From Cyanobacteria bacterium auto_48_18 (GTDB lineage Bacteria; Cyanobacteriota; Vampirovibrionia; Obscuribacterales; Obscuribacteraceae): a DNA stretch of 64,000 bases. The stretch is taken from assembly GCA_036170915.1 (NCBI GenBank), contig JAVHQC010000017.1, forward strand, positions 10,245 through 74,244, given 5' to 3'. Within the stretch, counting starts at the first letter, position 1, and each line of letters begins with the position of its first letter. Below, one piece after another: positions 47,304 through 57,213 of the stretch. Both the position numbers and the translations under genes were made by a program. Below the pieces are notes generated by a model, which made no database searches, was not told where the DNA came from, and saw only the letters and a list, made by a program, of their open reading frames with translations.

Positions 47304-48689
47304 GTGAGTAGAGCAGAAGTCGTTTGCATCGGCACCGAGCTTCTGCTTGGTGATGTACTTGATACCAACTCGCAATTTTTGGCTCAGCAACTAGCATTGC
47401 TGGGCCTTGACTGCTTTTATAGGGTCACTGTCGGTGACAATCCTGAACGCATCAAAGCCTGCATGAAAGAGGCTCTGAGCCGCTCTGATGTGCTTATCAC
47501 TTCCGGCGGTCTTGGGCCTACAGCTGATGATTTAACCACTGAATGTCTGGCTCAGCTTTTTGGTGCCCCGTTAGAGACAGATCAAGAATTGCTCGCTTTT
47601 ATCACAGGCCTCTTTGCCGCTCGCGGTTTTGCCATGCCCGAGTCAAATAAAAAGCAAGCCTTGCGCCCGCATGGTGCCGATATTTTGCCCAATCCGGTGG
47701 GGTCTGCGCCTGGTGTTGTCTGGCGGCTCAGTGACGAAAATTTGGCTTACGCCGGCATTACCCCAGGCGATAAAGTAAAAACTGTTTTGACTTTTCCTGG
47801 TGTGCCATCAGAACTTAAAGCAATGTGGCAGGGCACTGCTTATGACTATCTGGCGAAGAATTATGCCGCCAGCACTATCTGGTCGCAAGAGTTAAAACAT
47901 TTTGGCATCGGTGAATCGGCTCTGGCAGAGATGTTTGCCCATTTGCTCGACCTGGCTAATCCAACTGTGGCACCATATGCCGGCCGCTGGGAATGTCGTT
48001 TGCGCGTTGCCGCCAAAGCTGAAACACAAGCAGCTGCCAGAGCTCTGGCGCAGCCTGTGATTGACGAAATCAAAAATAAAAGCGGAGTTAAATGCTACGG
48101 CGTCGATACTGAGACCCTGGAATCTACAGTTGGTGCTCTTCTGACAGAGAAGGGCCTCACTCTGGCAACAGCAGAATCATGCACAGGAGGCCTCGTAAGC
48201 GAAAGGCTGACTGATGTTGCCGGCAGCTCCAAATATATTATGCTCAACGCCGTCACTTACAGCGATCGCTCAAAGCAAGAATTGCTGGGAGTAGACGCCG
48301 CCCTGCTAAAAGAGTTTGGCGCGGTCAGCGCTCAGTGTGCCGAAGCTATGGCCCACGGAATGCGCAAATTATCGGGCTGCGATCTGGCCTTAAGTGTGAC
48401 CGGCATTGCCGGCCCGGACGGCGGCAATGATGAAAAACCAGTGGGAACGGTTTATATTGGTTTATCGGCCGCAGGCACTGCCGAAAGTGGTGGAGCTCCA
48501 CTTTATTTCGGCCGTACATTGAAGCTGGGAGCCCGTCTGCCACGTGCCGAAGTAAGATGGCGCACGGCCAATGAAGCACTAAATATGGTGCGGCTTTATT
48601 TGATCGATGCGGCCGAATTTGGTCGTGAAATCGCCGCTCAATCGAATCTTTCATCACAGGTGCCACAAGCCCTGCCCAAATACCTTTAG
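47304..48689 (+). CDS. cinA: Competence/damage-inducible protein CinA (molybdopterin-binding domain plus PncC NMN deamidase)
   Basis: IGTELLLG; VGDN; GGLGPTADDLT; PGVPSE; AESCTGG; TGIAGPDGG..KPVG. Confidence 0.95.
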   Translation: MSRAEVVCIGTELLLGDVLDTNSQFLAQQLALLGLDCFYRVTVGDNPERIKACMKEALSRSDVLITSGGLGPTADDLTTECLAQLFGAPLETDQELLAFITGLFAARGFAMPESNKKQALRPHGADILPNPVGSAPGVVWRLSDENLAYAGITPGDKVKTVLTFPGVPSELKAMWQGTAYDYLAKNYAASTIWSQELKHFGIGESALAEMFAHLLDLANPTVAPYAGRWECRLRVAAKAETQAAARALAQPVIDEIKNKSGVKCYGVDTETLESTVGALLTEKGLTLATAESCTGGLVSERLTDVAGSSKYIMLNAVTYSDRSKQELLGVDAALLKEFGAVSAQCAEAMAHGMRKLSGCDLALSVTGIAGPDGGNDEKPVGTVYIGLSAAGTAESGGAPLYFGRTLKLGARLPRAEVRWRTANEALNMVRLYLIDAAEFGREIAAQSNLSSQVPQALPKYL

Positions 48690-48858
48690 ATTAGAATCGA
48701 ATAGATTAATATTGAATAGAACTAATTCCTGGCCGGTTTTTAAACTAAGATTATCCCGGTAACAATCTGGGTAATATTGATGTTGGCAGGATTGTGACAC
48801 CGGAGACCTATTTTCTGTTTATCAGTCAGTTTGAATGTTTTATAAAACCTGAGTAAAT

Positions 48859-49572
48859 ATGGCGCAGCTTCCTAATCAACAACCCGACAGAACTTTTGTC
48901 AGAGACGGCATTTTTCACCGCAGTCTTTCTAATGTGCGAAACTCGGTTTTCACCGACGCCAGAAATAAAGAGGCAGGAGAAAATGGTCAGTCAACGCCTA
49001 AAGAAGATGTTTTCTCGCACATGCGCGACGATGACGAACATCTAATCAGCGAAGATGATCTCGAGCTGATTGCCTTTTTTGAGGGCCTTCCCGGCTGTTA
49101 TAACTTCCGTTATTTAATGCGGCGCCTGTCTCGTGAGCTTAAGCGCTCTAAGCGTTACAATCGCCCGACCACGGTAGTAATCGTCGGCATTGATGGTTTT
49201 GAGAACGTAGAGCCTAATTACGGTGAGCTGGCCGGTGATACTGTGGTCTTTTCTGTAATTCAATTTTTGCTCGATGGCATCAGGTCTGATGTGGACATGG
49301 CCGCGCGTTTATCTGACGACCGTTACATTCTGGTTTTGCCCGAGACGCCAGGGCGTGGTGCCGCCATTCTCTGCGATCGTCTGCGCAAAAAATTCGAATC
49401 GGTGGAGCTGAAGCATAATTGGCACCGCATTCCGGTGACACTCAGTTTTGGCATTGGTTATTATCCAATCCACGGCGAAGATCCACGCGAGTTAATTGCC
49501 CGTGCCGACTTGGCCTGCGAATTTGTGCAGCAGCGCGGCGGCAATGGTTTCGCCTACGCCCCTGAAGGCTAA
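48859..49572 (+). CDS. Degenerate GGDEF-domain protein
   Basis: RELKRSKRY; GELAGD; active-site position reads SDDRY; VTLSFG. Confidence 0.85.
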   Translation: MAQLPNQQPDRTFVRDGIFHRSLSNVRNSVFTDARNKEAGENGQSTPKEDVFSHMRDDDEHLISEDDLELIAFFEGLPGCYNFRYLMRRLSRELKRSKRYNRPTTVVIVGIDGFENVEPNYGELAGDTVVFSVIQFLLDGIRSDVDMAARLSDDRYILVLPETPGRGAAILCDRLRKKFESVELKHNWHRIPVTLSFGIGYYPIHGEDPRELIARADLACEFVQQRGGNGFAYAPEG

Positions 49573-49579
49573 AGAGCAA

Positions 49580-50572
49580 TCAAACTTTTTGCTTTAGGGT
49601 TTGTTCAATGTTTGCTAGAGTCTTAGCGAATAATTCTGGCCGCGCATCCGCCACGGTGAGAAATTCGAGCAAGCTATTGAGATCGGCTAATCGCGACAGT
49701 TGTCGCCAATTTTCTGGTAATTTCGCGTCGTCTTTTGCAGCATTCTGGTAAGCGGCAATAAAAGCCGTGCTCATGCCCGGATATTTTTCTTCGTTGCGCA
49801 AAAAATTTCCCACGTCAAATAGTGCAGTGCCTGCGTGAGCGAATTCCCAATCAAGAACGGCGCTGACGCACCATCTGTCTCTATTTTCAGTAACCAGAAT
49901 ATTGAGAGCATTAAAGTCGCCATGTACTAATGACGCTTCTTGGCCGGCCAAATATCGATTTAAATGTGGAGCCGCTGCATCAACATATTCACTTAAATGC
50001 TCGTGTAAAGCAGCTCCCAGTCGCTCTTTCACTAGCGAATTAGTCAGGCATGTGCGTAAATATGCTGAGGCGTCGTCTGCAAATGTTTGCTCGATTTTCA
50101 AGTCGGCGGCAAAAAATCCAGCTCTGGCAAACTTATAAGAGCCAATGGCCGCAAGCGTTTCCCCCACCGCTGCCATGACGTCAGTTAAATAGGCCTTTGA
50201 TTTGAGATATTTGCCACCATCAAGAAGTTGTTGCAGAAGAATGCCTTCGCACCACTTCAAAATCGCGTAAGGTCTGGCATTGTCATCACTAGTAGTGCCC
50301 ACGTGCAATACATCGGCTACAGGAACAGTGGCTGCCACTAGGTTGATTACGTCTTCTTCGACTTTATTGCGGTCACTTTCTGTCGGCCCTTGCTGCCCGT
50401 ACAGGCGCAGTAAGATGTTTTTACCGTTGTCGAGAGTGACTTTGTAATTGCTGTTGATGGCACCGTGAGTCATTAGTTCAAAGTCGACTACGGTGCTTGT
50501 CATAGCAGGCCTAATGAGACTTTTAATCTGCTCGAGATCCAGTTCGATTATTGGGCAACGGCGTTGAGTCAC
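49580..50572 (-). CDS. Aminoglycoside phosphotransferase (APH)-family kinase
   Basis: GAINSNY; LVHGDFNALNIL; LDWEFA; DVGNFLR. Confidence 0.88.
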   Translation of the reverse strand: MTQRRCPIIELDLEQIKSLIRPAMTSTVVDFELMTHGAINSNYKVTLDNGKNILLRLYGQQGPTESDRNKVEEDVINLVAATVPVADVLHVGTTSDDNARPYAILKWCEGILLQQLLDGGKYLKSKAYLTDVMAAVGETLAAIGSYKFARAGFFAADLKIEQTFADDASAYLRTCLTNSLVKERLGAALHEHLSEYVDAAAPHLNRYLAGQEASLVHGDFNALNILVTENRDRWCVSAVLDWEFAHAGTALFDVGNFLRNEEKYPGMSTAFIAAYQNAAKDDAKLPENWRQLSRLADLNSLLEFLTVADARPELFAKTLANIEQTLKQKV

Positions 50573-50608
50573 TTAACTTCCTTAGTTGAGCGCTCAATTT
50601 TACCTCGC

Positions 50609-51394
50609 CTAGTACTTAAGGCGTGGGTCACCTTCAACAATAGTGAAGCTGGGCAGGTTATCTGTTTGCTTAGCGATCACTTCAAAGGCCGGGTTTTTAG
50701 TGGCACCACCATAAGCTGCTTTTTCTTTAGCAGTTAAGGCTTCCGTGCGCATCATCTGGTAGCTCCACTCGGTGGGCTTGGCTAGTTCTGCAGCCTTCTG
50801 GTCTCTGATGACAAAGCTATCTGTGGGCTTAATGGGCTCGATGTATGGTTTTGTTTTTACCAGGTCACCGCCCACGTTGCGCGCCTCTTCCTTACTCACT
50901 TCTTTGAGCAGAGCCTGAAAATCTTCAGGTTTCATGCTCTTGCCGGCCTGGCGCAATTCTTCTGCAGCTGCATGTGTGTCACCGTTATCCATACGGCGAG
51001 CGATATGGATCGCCTGGTTTTTCATTTCGCTTACAGCTTCGATTTTTTTCATGCCGGGCTCTGTTTGCGCAACATACAGGGGTGCTGCGTGCCAGACTGA
51101 ATCTCCCAGCGGACGATCTTTAGTGGTCAACTGCACATAAAACTGATTAGCCAGTTTTGGATTCTCGCGTATAGCCGCAGTTGATGCAGAGGCTACTTGC
51201 AGGTCTGCGCCTTCACCTTTGGTCTCACCGTTTCTTATAGCTACAATCAATTGACGCTTTTCGTCTGCGGTCATAGTGGTAGAAGCAAATTCTTTTCTCA
51301 GCATTTCAGCTGCTTTTTGCGCGTGGTCATCGCCTGATTGATCCATCTCTTTGACGATTTCGCGGGCTTTTTGTTCGATGTCGTTATTTTTCAT
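50609..51394 (-). CDS. Hypothetical protein with an internal duplication
   Basis: Two ~60-aa units (A..I...MD.GD.H..AAE.LR...M.......E....G.DL); ATG 51394. Confidence 0.7.
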   Translation of the reverse strand: MKNNDIEQKAREIVKEMDQSGDDHAQKAAEMLRKEFASTTMTADEKRQLIVAIRNGETKGEGADLQVASASTAAIRENPKLANQFYVQLTTKDRPLGDSVWHAAPLYVAQTEPGMKKIEAVSEMKNQAIHIARRMDNGDTHAAAEELRQAGKSMKPEDFQALLKEVSKEEARNVGGDLVKTKPYIEPIKPTDSFVIRDQKAAELAKPTEWSYQMMRTEALTAKEKAAYGGATKNPAFEVIAKQTDNLPSFTIVEGDPRLKY

Positions 51395-51515
51395 TTCTTG
51401 GCCGCCTTGGTGGGGGAATGGGTTTGTGACTTTGAGATTACGGCGGCAAAATAACATCCACATGACATTTGTGAGATTTCTCAAATGTCGGCTTGAGTTT
51501 CCCCATGGCTGGCCA

Positions 51516-51545
51516 TTGACGATTACTAGCCGACTCGTCTATTAT
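51516..51545 (+). promoter_or_regulatory. Sigma70-type promoter of the TetR gene with an imperfect palindromic operator in the spacer
   Basis: TTGACG-N18-TATTAT; TAGCCGACTCGTCTA resembles TAGAC..GTCTA NemR-type boxes. Confidence 0.55.
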
Positions 51546-51575
51546 AGAACTACACACAATGCTGGGAGAGTGCTA

Positions 51576-52175
51576 ATGGCCAGGCAAACAGGTACGAAAG
51601 AAGTGACGAAGACGGCTTTACTAGAAGCCGGCACACGCATCATGTTGACGAAAGGCTACAACAACACCGGCATTCAAGAAGTGCTCGAGGCCACAGGGGT
51701 GCCCAAAGGCTCGTTCTACTACTATTTTGACAGCAAGGAAGATTTTGCTCTGCAAATCATTGACCATTTTGATTCTACTTATGCTGAAACTCTCAAGCAT
51801 TTCCTTGATGATAAAAAACTCAATGCCCTTGAGCGTCTCAAGGCTTATTGCAATGAGGGCCGTAAGGCTCTAAAAGAAAATCAGTGCCGCAATGGTTGTT
51901 TAATAGGCAACCTTTCGCAGGAAATGTCTGATCAATCAGAAGTGCTCAGAGCCAAGCTTGAAGAAGTATTGACCCGCTGGCGCAATCGTTTCGCTTCAGT
52001 AATTAAAGAAGGTCAGGAAAGCAAATTGATAAGCAATCAATTTGATCATGTGGTGATGGCTGAATTCTTCCAGAGCGGTTGGCATGGCGCCATTTTGCGC
52101 GCTAAGACCACAAAGACCACTGTGCCTCTAGATTCATTTATGACTTTGATGTTCGACAAAGTGATGAAACCGTAA
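51576..52175 (+). CDS. TetR family regulator (NemR/AcuR-like)
   Basis: KGYNNTGIQEVL..GVPKGSFYYYFDSKEDF; GCLIGNLSQEMSD; GGAG RBS before ATG 51576. Confidence 0.9.
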   Translation: MARQTGTKEVTKTALLEAGTRIMLTKGYNNTGIQEVLEATGVPKGSFYYYFDSKEDFALQIIDHFDSTYAETLKHFLDDKKLNALERLKAYCNEGRKALKENQCRNGCLIGNLSQEMSDQSEVLRAKLEEVLTRWRNRFASVIKEGQESKLISNQFDHVVMAEFFQSGWHGAILRAKTTKTTVPLDSFMTLMFDKVMKP

Positions 52176-52193
52176 GCACGGTCAGCTCTTAAT

Positions 52194-53282
52194 TTAAACA
52201 ATCAGCATGGCGTCGCCATAACTATAAAAGCGATATTTCTCGGCAATCGCTTCTTTATATGCGCGCATAATCAAGTCTCGCCCAGCAAGTGCCGCAACCA
52301 GCACCAGCAAGCTCGAGCGACTGAGATGGAAATTAGTAATCATGCCGTCGGCCACCGCAAATTTGTGACCAGGTTGAATGTAGAGGGCGGTTTTTTGATC
52401 GTCTGCGGTTTGTACAAAACCACTGGCTCCGGCAGTTTCAATGGTGCGCAGACTTGTGGTACCAACAGCTATCACTCGCCGCCCCTCTTTTTTTGCCGAG
52501 TTAATTGCATCAGCTGCCTTTTGCGAAACAGTGTAAGACTCTTCTTCTATGGTGTGAGTGTGCAGGTCTTCTTCGATTGGCTTAAACGTTCCAGCCCCCA
52601 CGTGCAAAGTAACTGTTGTCAGTTCAATACCGGCCGCTTCCAGGGCTGATAGTACAGCGGGCGTGAAGTGCAGGCCGGCGGTAGGTGCTGCAACCGCCCC
52701 TGGTGCCTGAGCAAACACAGTTTGATATTGAAAGAGGTCTTCCTGGCGATGCGTCGGTTTATCTTCGCGATAGTCTCTGCTGATATATGGCGGCAGCGGC
52801 GCGAAACCTACCCGACTGAGCAAATTGTAGACATTTTCAGGCGGGCCTAAATCTACCAGTAATCTTTTAAAGCCGTCGGCACCTATGACAATGTCTTTGA
52901 CTGTGATTATGCTGGGTTCGCTGCCATCTTCGCTTGCCACCAAAAGCTCTTGCCCCGGTTTAAGACGCTTAATCGGCGTCACCATGGCTTCCCAGATAGA
53001 GACATTGCGACTTTGAGGCTTCAATAATAAAAGCTTGACTGTGCCGCCTGATTTGCGTGTAGCAATCAGGCGTGAGGGCAAAACTTTGGTGTCATTGACC
53101 ACCAACAAATCACCTTTTTGCAAAAGCTCAGGCAACTGGAAAAACTGCTTGTGAGCCAGTTCACCGCTGTGCCTGTTTACCACCAGCAGCCTTGACTGGT
53201 CTTTATTTTCCAGGGGCTTCTGCGCGATTAGAGCCGGGTCTAAATCGTATTCGAAGTCATGAATGGTAAGTGTCTCGGCCAC
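52194..53282 (-). CDS. queA: S-adenosylmethionine:tRNA ribosyltransferase-isomerase
   Basis: LIAQ; NDTKV; PLPPYI; YQTVFA; AAPTAGLHF; LHVGAGTF; TNFH; YRFYSYGDAM. Confidence 0.97.
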   Translation of the reverse strand: MAETLTIHDFEYDLDPALIAQKPLENKDQSRLLVVNRHSGELAHKQFFQLPELLQKGDLLVVNDTKVLPSRLIATRKSGGTVKLLLLKPQSRNVSIWEAMVTPIKRLKPGQELLVASEDGSEPSIITVKDIVIGADGFKRLLVDLGPPENVYNLLSRVGFAPLPPYISRDYREDKPTHRQEDLFQYQTVFAQAPGAVAAPTAGLHFTPAVLSALEAAGIELTTVTLHVGAGTFKPIEEDLHTHTIEEESYTVSQKAADAINSAKKEGRRVIAVGTTSLRTIETAGASGFVQTADDQKTALYIQPGHKFAVADGMITNFHLSRSSLLVLVAALAGRDLIMRAYKEAIAEKYRFYSYGDAMLIV

Positions 53283-53354
53283 GGAAATCTCTTTCTATAA
53301 GCTCTTATCTTGATTGCTTAGTATAGTCTGCTCTGGTCGGCTATAGTCTTTACC

Positions 53355-54524
53355 ATGAGTTTGAAAGAAACAGTCTTAGCAATTGGCGGCGAGCTTGGCT
53401 TTCATCAGGTGCAAATCGGTTCAATCGCGCCGATGACTCAGGCCGCAGACCATTATCAGCAGTGGCTTGATAACGGTTACGCTGCCGACATGGAATATTT
53501 GAAACGGGATCCGGCGCGACGCAGCGACCCGGCTAAAACGTTCGAGCCGGCAAAAAGCGTAATTATAGTTTCGGTGAGTTACTACAGTGTGCCGCCGCCG
53601 CCGCCCCCGGGCAGTTACGGCCGCGTGGCCCGCTACGCCGTGGGCCAAGATTATCACACCGTAATTCGCAAGAAGCTCGGCGATTTTTGTGCACTGCTTG
53701 AAAAAGAAGCGGGCAGGCCCATTGCCGCCAGGTCCGTAACCGATGACGCCGCCCTTTACGAACAGGCGCTGGCCAGCCGCCACGGTCTTGGTTTTGTGGG
53801 CAAAAATTCGCTCGTAATCGGCCCGAAATTGTCAGGTTCGTACAATTTTATTGCTGAATTATTTGTCGATTTAGATCTTGAACCTGATCTTGAATATCAA
53901 GGCACTTGTGGTAATTGTGTGCGTTGTATTGCCGCCTGTCCAACTAATGCTATAAAAGACAGTGCCATAAAAGACGTTGCCATCACTGCTGGTGCCGCAC
54001 AGATGGTTGATGCTAATTTGTGCATTTCTTATTTGACCATTGAGAATAAAGGTGGAATTCCGTTCGCACTGCGAAGTCAGATGGGCGATTGGGTTTATGG
54101 CTGCGATATCTGCCAGGAAGTTTGCCCTTATAACAGTAAGTCGCCACCTGCCCCCTGGCCTGAATTTGCCCCTGCCAGTGGTGCCGGACACCATCTAAAT
54201 TTGCCTCAACTTTTGCAAATCGATAGCAATGAAAAGTTTGTCAAACGATTTCAGAAATCGCCTCTGCGGCGACCGAAAAGACGTGGGCTTTTGCGTAATG
54301 CACTTGTGGTTATGGGCAATCAGTTAAAACAAGAACATTCTTGCAGCAGCGAAATAATCGATGCCATAGATAAGTTTGCCAAAGTCGAAGTCGATCAAAT
54401 GTTGCTGGAGCACAGTGTATGGGCCTTAGCCCAAAGCCCCTCTAATTCTGCAAAAATAGTGATGGCCGATATCATCGCTAGGCTTGCAGTTGAAACTCGA
54501 GCGCAAGTGGAAGTTTATGTCTGA
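53355..54524 (+). CDS. queG: Epoxyqueuosine reductase
   Basis: ARYAVGQDYH; CGNCVRCIAACPT; CISYLTIE; GCDICQEVCP. Confidence 0.95.
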   Translation: MSLKETVLAIGGELGFHQVQIGSIAPMTQAADHYQQWLDNGYAADMEYLKRDPARRSDPAKTFEPAKSVIIVSVSYYSVPPPPPPGSYGRVARYAVGQDYHTVIRKKLGDFCALLEKEAGRPIAARSVTDDAALYEQALASRHGLGFVGKNSLVIGPKLSGSYNFIAELFVDLDLEPDLEYQGTCGNCVRCIAACPTNAIKDSAIKDVAITAGAAQMVDANLCISYLTIENKGGIPFALRSQMGDWVYGCDICQEVCPYNSKSPPAPWPEFAPASGAGHHLNLPQLLQIDSNEKFVKRFQKSPLRRPKRRGLLRNALVVMGNQLKQEHSCSSEIIDAIDKFAKVEVDQMLLEHSVWALAQSPSNSAKIVMADIIARLAVETRAQVEVYV

Positions 54525-55785
54525 AGAAAAACCTGAGCATAAATCTAAGGCTGAGATCTCGAAAGCTGAGAGTTCAGCCGCCGCCGTGCCCTTTACCGTT
54601 GTGGTGCTTGGCTTGGCCAGTTTGCTTACCGATGTCTCCACTGAGATGATCCACGCGGTATTGCCAAACTTTATGTCTACTGTTCTCAAAATTAGTTTTG
54701 TACAAATTGGTTTTATTGAAGGGTTGGCCGAAACAATTGCATCAGTGCTCAAGATTTTTTCTGGTGCCTGGAGTGATCGCATCGGCAAACGCAAAGGTCT
54801 GCTCTTGCTTGGTTATGGCTTGTCTGCCCTGGTTAAACCACTTTTTTTGCTGGCCAATTCGGCGTCTGTGGTGCTCATCGCCAGAGGGGCAGACCGGGTG
54901 GGCAAGGGCATTCGCGGCGCTCCTCGAGACGCTCTGGTGGCAGACATTACAACCAGCGCCAATCGCGGACGCGCTTATGGTTTGCGTCAGTCGCTCGACA
55001 CTGTTGGTGCTGTGATTGGCCCGCTCGTTGCACTGCTGGTGATGTGGTACACCAGCAATAATTATCAAATTGCCTTCGCTTTAGCGATCATTCCAGCTGT
55101 GCTGGTGCTCTTTCTTCTTTATTTTGGCGTCAAAGAACCAGAGCACACCAGACCTTTAAGCCCGGACAAAATTTTTGATTTTAAGACTTTTAAAAAAGTA
55201 AAAGGGGAGATGCCGCCTGAATTTTTTGGTCTGGTGGCAGTAGTATTGCTTTTCAGTCTGGCTAATTCTTCAGACGCATTTCTCATTCTCAGGGCCAAAG
55301 ATTGCGGCCTGCCCATTGCACTTTGTCCGCTGGTGCTCGTGGTGATTAATGTTAGCTACGCTCTGTGTGCCTATCCTGCCGGAATTATTTCAGACAGAAT
55401 CGGTCACGGCCCCATGTTGTGTATTGCTTTTTTACTCTATGCTGCCACGTATCTCGGATTTGCACTGTTAGGTAATGTGTCTGGGTCTGCTTCTGCCTTG
55501 ATAATGCTTGTGTTGTGCTTGGTCTACGGTTTGTATCTGGGATTGTCTCAAGGGGTGCTAGCGGCTCTGGTCTCGCATTTAACTCCTGCTCATTTGCGCG
55601 GCACTGCCTTTGGCATCATGAATTTTGCTGTTGGGCTAGCTCTTTTGCCTGCCAGTTTATTGACCGGCTATCTCTATGAGCACAGTGGAGCCTTTTGCGC
55701 TTTTACTACTTGTGCCGCACTGGCCCTGCTGGCCGCAATCTGTTTAGCTTTTCAATTGCCTGCACTGTGTAAAATAAGGCAATGA
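54517..55785 (+). CDS. MFS transporter
   Basis: DVSTEMI; GAWSDRIGKRK; DRVGKGIRGAPRDAL; ~12 TM; ATG 54517. Confidence 0.9.
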   Translation: MSEEKPEHKSKAEISKAESSAAAVPFTVVVLGLASLLTDVSTEMIHAVLPNFMSTVLKISFVQIGFIEGLAETIASVLKIFSGAWSDRIGKRKGLLLLGYGLSALVKPLFLLANSASVVLIARGADRVGKGIRGAPRDALVADITTSANRGRAYGLRQSLDTVGAVIGPLVALLVMWYTSNNYQIAFALAIIPAVLVLFLLYFGVKEPEHTRPLSPDKIFDFKTFKKVKGEMPPEFFGLVAVVLLFSLANSSDAFLILRAKDCGLPIALCPLVLVVINVSYALCAYPAGIISDRIGHGPMLCIAFLLYAATYLGFALLGNVSGSASALIMLVLCLVYGLYLGLSQGVLAALVSHLTPAHLRGTAFGIMNFAVGLALLPASLLTGYLYEHSGAFCAFTTCAALALLAAICLAFQLPALCKIRQ

Positions 55786-55860
55786 GAAATGAGGCAATGA
55801 TTGAGCGGAGGATAACTCGGCTCGGCTTAAAACTAGATTTGAGGTTAACAAGGGAAAATA

Positions 55861-56355
55861 ATGACAAACACAGTAGAAAAAATTCCAGCCGGGTTTTCAA
55901 CAGTGACACCACATCTGGTGATTAAGAGCGCAGCCAAAGCCATTGATTTTTACAAAAAAGCTTTTGGCGCTGAAGAAATTAATCGCATGCCTATGCCAGA
56001 CGGACGCCTTATGCACGCCTGTTTGAAGATCGGCAATTCTTTGCTTATGCTATGCGATGAATTTCCTGAACACGATGGCGGAAATTCAGCCAGCCCTGCA
56101 ACTATTGGCAAATCGCACGCCACAATGCATTTGTATGTAGAAGATGCAGACGCATCCTATAAGCGCGCCGTTGATGCTGGTGCCACAGCTACCATGCCAC
56201 CACAAGACATGTTCTGGGGCGACCGTTACGGTCAGGTGGTTGATCCGTTTGGTCAACCCTGGGCCATTGCCACCCACGTTGAAGATCTCACACCCGAAGA
56301 GATGATGAAAAAGATGCAAGCAGGTTGCGCCCCAGCTCAAGCCGCAGCCAAATAG
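55861..56355 (+). CDS. VOC / glyoxalase (PhnB-like) protein
   Basis: TPHL...AIDFYKKAFGA; MHACLKIG; DMFWGDRYG..DPFG. Confidence 0.9.
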   Translation: MTNTVEKIPAGFSTVTPHLVIKSAAKAIDFYKKAFGAEEINRMPMPDGRLMHACLKIGNSLLMLCDEFPEHDGGNSASPATIGKSHATMHLYVEDADASYKRAVDAGATATMPPQDMFWGDRYGQVVDPFGQPWAIATHVEDLTPEEMMKKMQAGCAPAQAAAK

Positions 56356-56400
56356 CACAATGTTGCACTCAGCTTGTGCCGGGCTTGCTAGAATACGCCA

Positions 56401-56775
56401 ATGACACATTTTTTGGTATTTCTGGGCGCCGGCATAGGCGGAGTGTTGCGTTTTCTCACTGCCACTGCTGTGCAGAAAGCCTGCAATGGTTGGGTTTTTC
56501 CCCTGGGCACCTTTGTCGTCAATATATCTGGTTGCCTGCTGATCGGATTTCTCGCACAGCTGGCCGAAAGTAAATCGATTATTGCCCCTGAGTATCGCGC
56601 TTTCTTTTTGATTGGCATACTAGGTGGTTACACTACTTTTTCAACTTTTGGCTATGAAACCATGCAGTTGATTAAAAGCGGCGAGTTTCTTTATGCTGCC
56701 AGCAATTCTGTACTGCAAGTGGTGCTTGGTCTCTTTTTTGTCTGGTTAGGAATGATTTTGGCACGCCTTATCTAG
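56401..56775 (+). CDS. crcB: Fluoride efflux channel Fluc/CrcB
   Basis: GAGIGGVLR; FPLGTFVVN; GILGGYTTFSTF. Confidence 0.95.
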   Translation: MTHFLVFLGAGIGGVLRFLTATAVQKACNGWVFPLGTFVVNISGCLLIGFLAQLAESKSIIAPEYRAFFLIGILGGYTTFSTFGYETMQLIKSGEFLYAASNSVLQVVLGLFFVWLGMILARLI

Positions 56776-56783
56776 GAGTAAAT

Positions 56784-57113
56784 ATGAAACTTAGCCAGGG
56801 CACAATGCTCAAAATTTATATCGGTGAAGGTGATAAACACGGCAACCGACCATTATATGAATGGCTGGTGCAAGAAGCTAAAAAAGCCGGCATCGCAGGC
56901 GCTACTGTATGGCGAGGCTTAGAAGGTTTTGGCGCTCATAACACGGTGCATAGCAACAAAATTTTGGACATTTCCACCAATCTGCCCATAGTGGTGGAAT
57001 TCATTGATACCAGGGAGAAAATCGAAGCTTTCATGCCTTTTTTAGATGAAAATCTAACTGAAGGTCTGGCCGTGCTGGTTGACTGTGATTTGCGCTGGTA
57101 TCGCAAAAGCTGA
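56784..57113 (+). CDS. DUF190 (PII-like) protein, usual crcB partner
   Basis: LKIYIGEGD; GIAGATVWRGLEGFG; LPIVVEFID; AGGAG RBS. Confidence 0.9.
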   Translation: MKLSQGTMLKIYIGEGDKHGNRPLYEWLVQEAKKAGIAGATVWRGLEGFGAHNTVHSNKILDISTNLPIVVEFIDTREKIEAFMPFLDENLTEGLAVLVDCDLRWYRKS

Positions 57114-57213
57114 TTTTCTATTTGACGGGCAGCAAGTTGCGTCAACTGAAGCGTGCACGTTTCAGTTGGCGAACACTAGACCATACCCGTTTAAGTTTTC
57201 AGAACTCAACCAG

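Noticed and set aside
51351..51575. Long N-terminal extensions of the TetR ORF and the divergent hypothetical ORF
   Set aside because: They would overlap each other and a clear promoter; better starts exist at 51576 and 51394.
55786..56400. Fluoride riboswitch upstream of crcB
   Set aside because: The GGCAATGA words lack the downstream pairing and pseudoknot elements, and the gap before crcB is only 45 bp.
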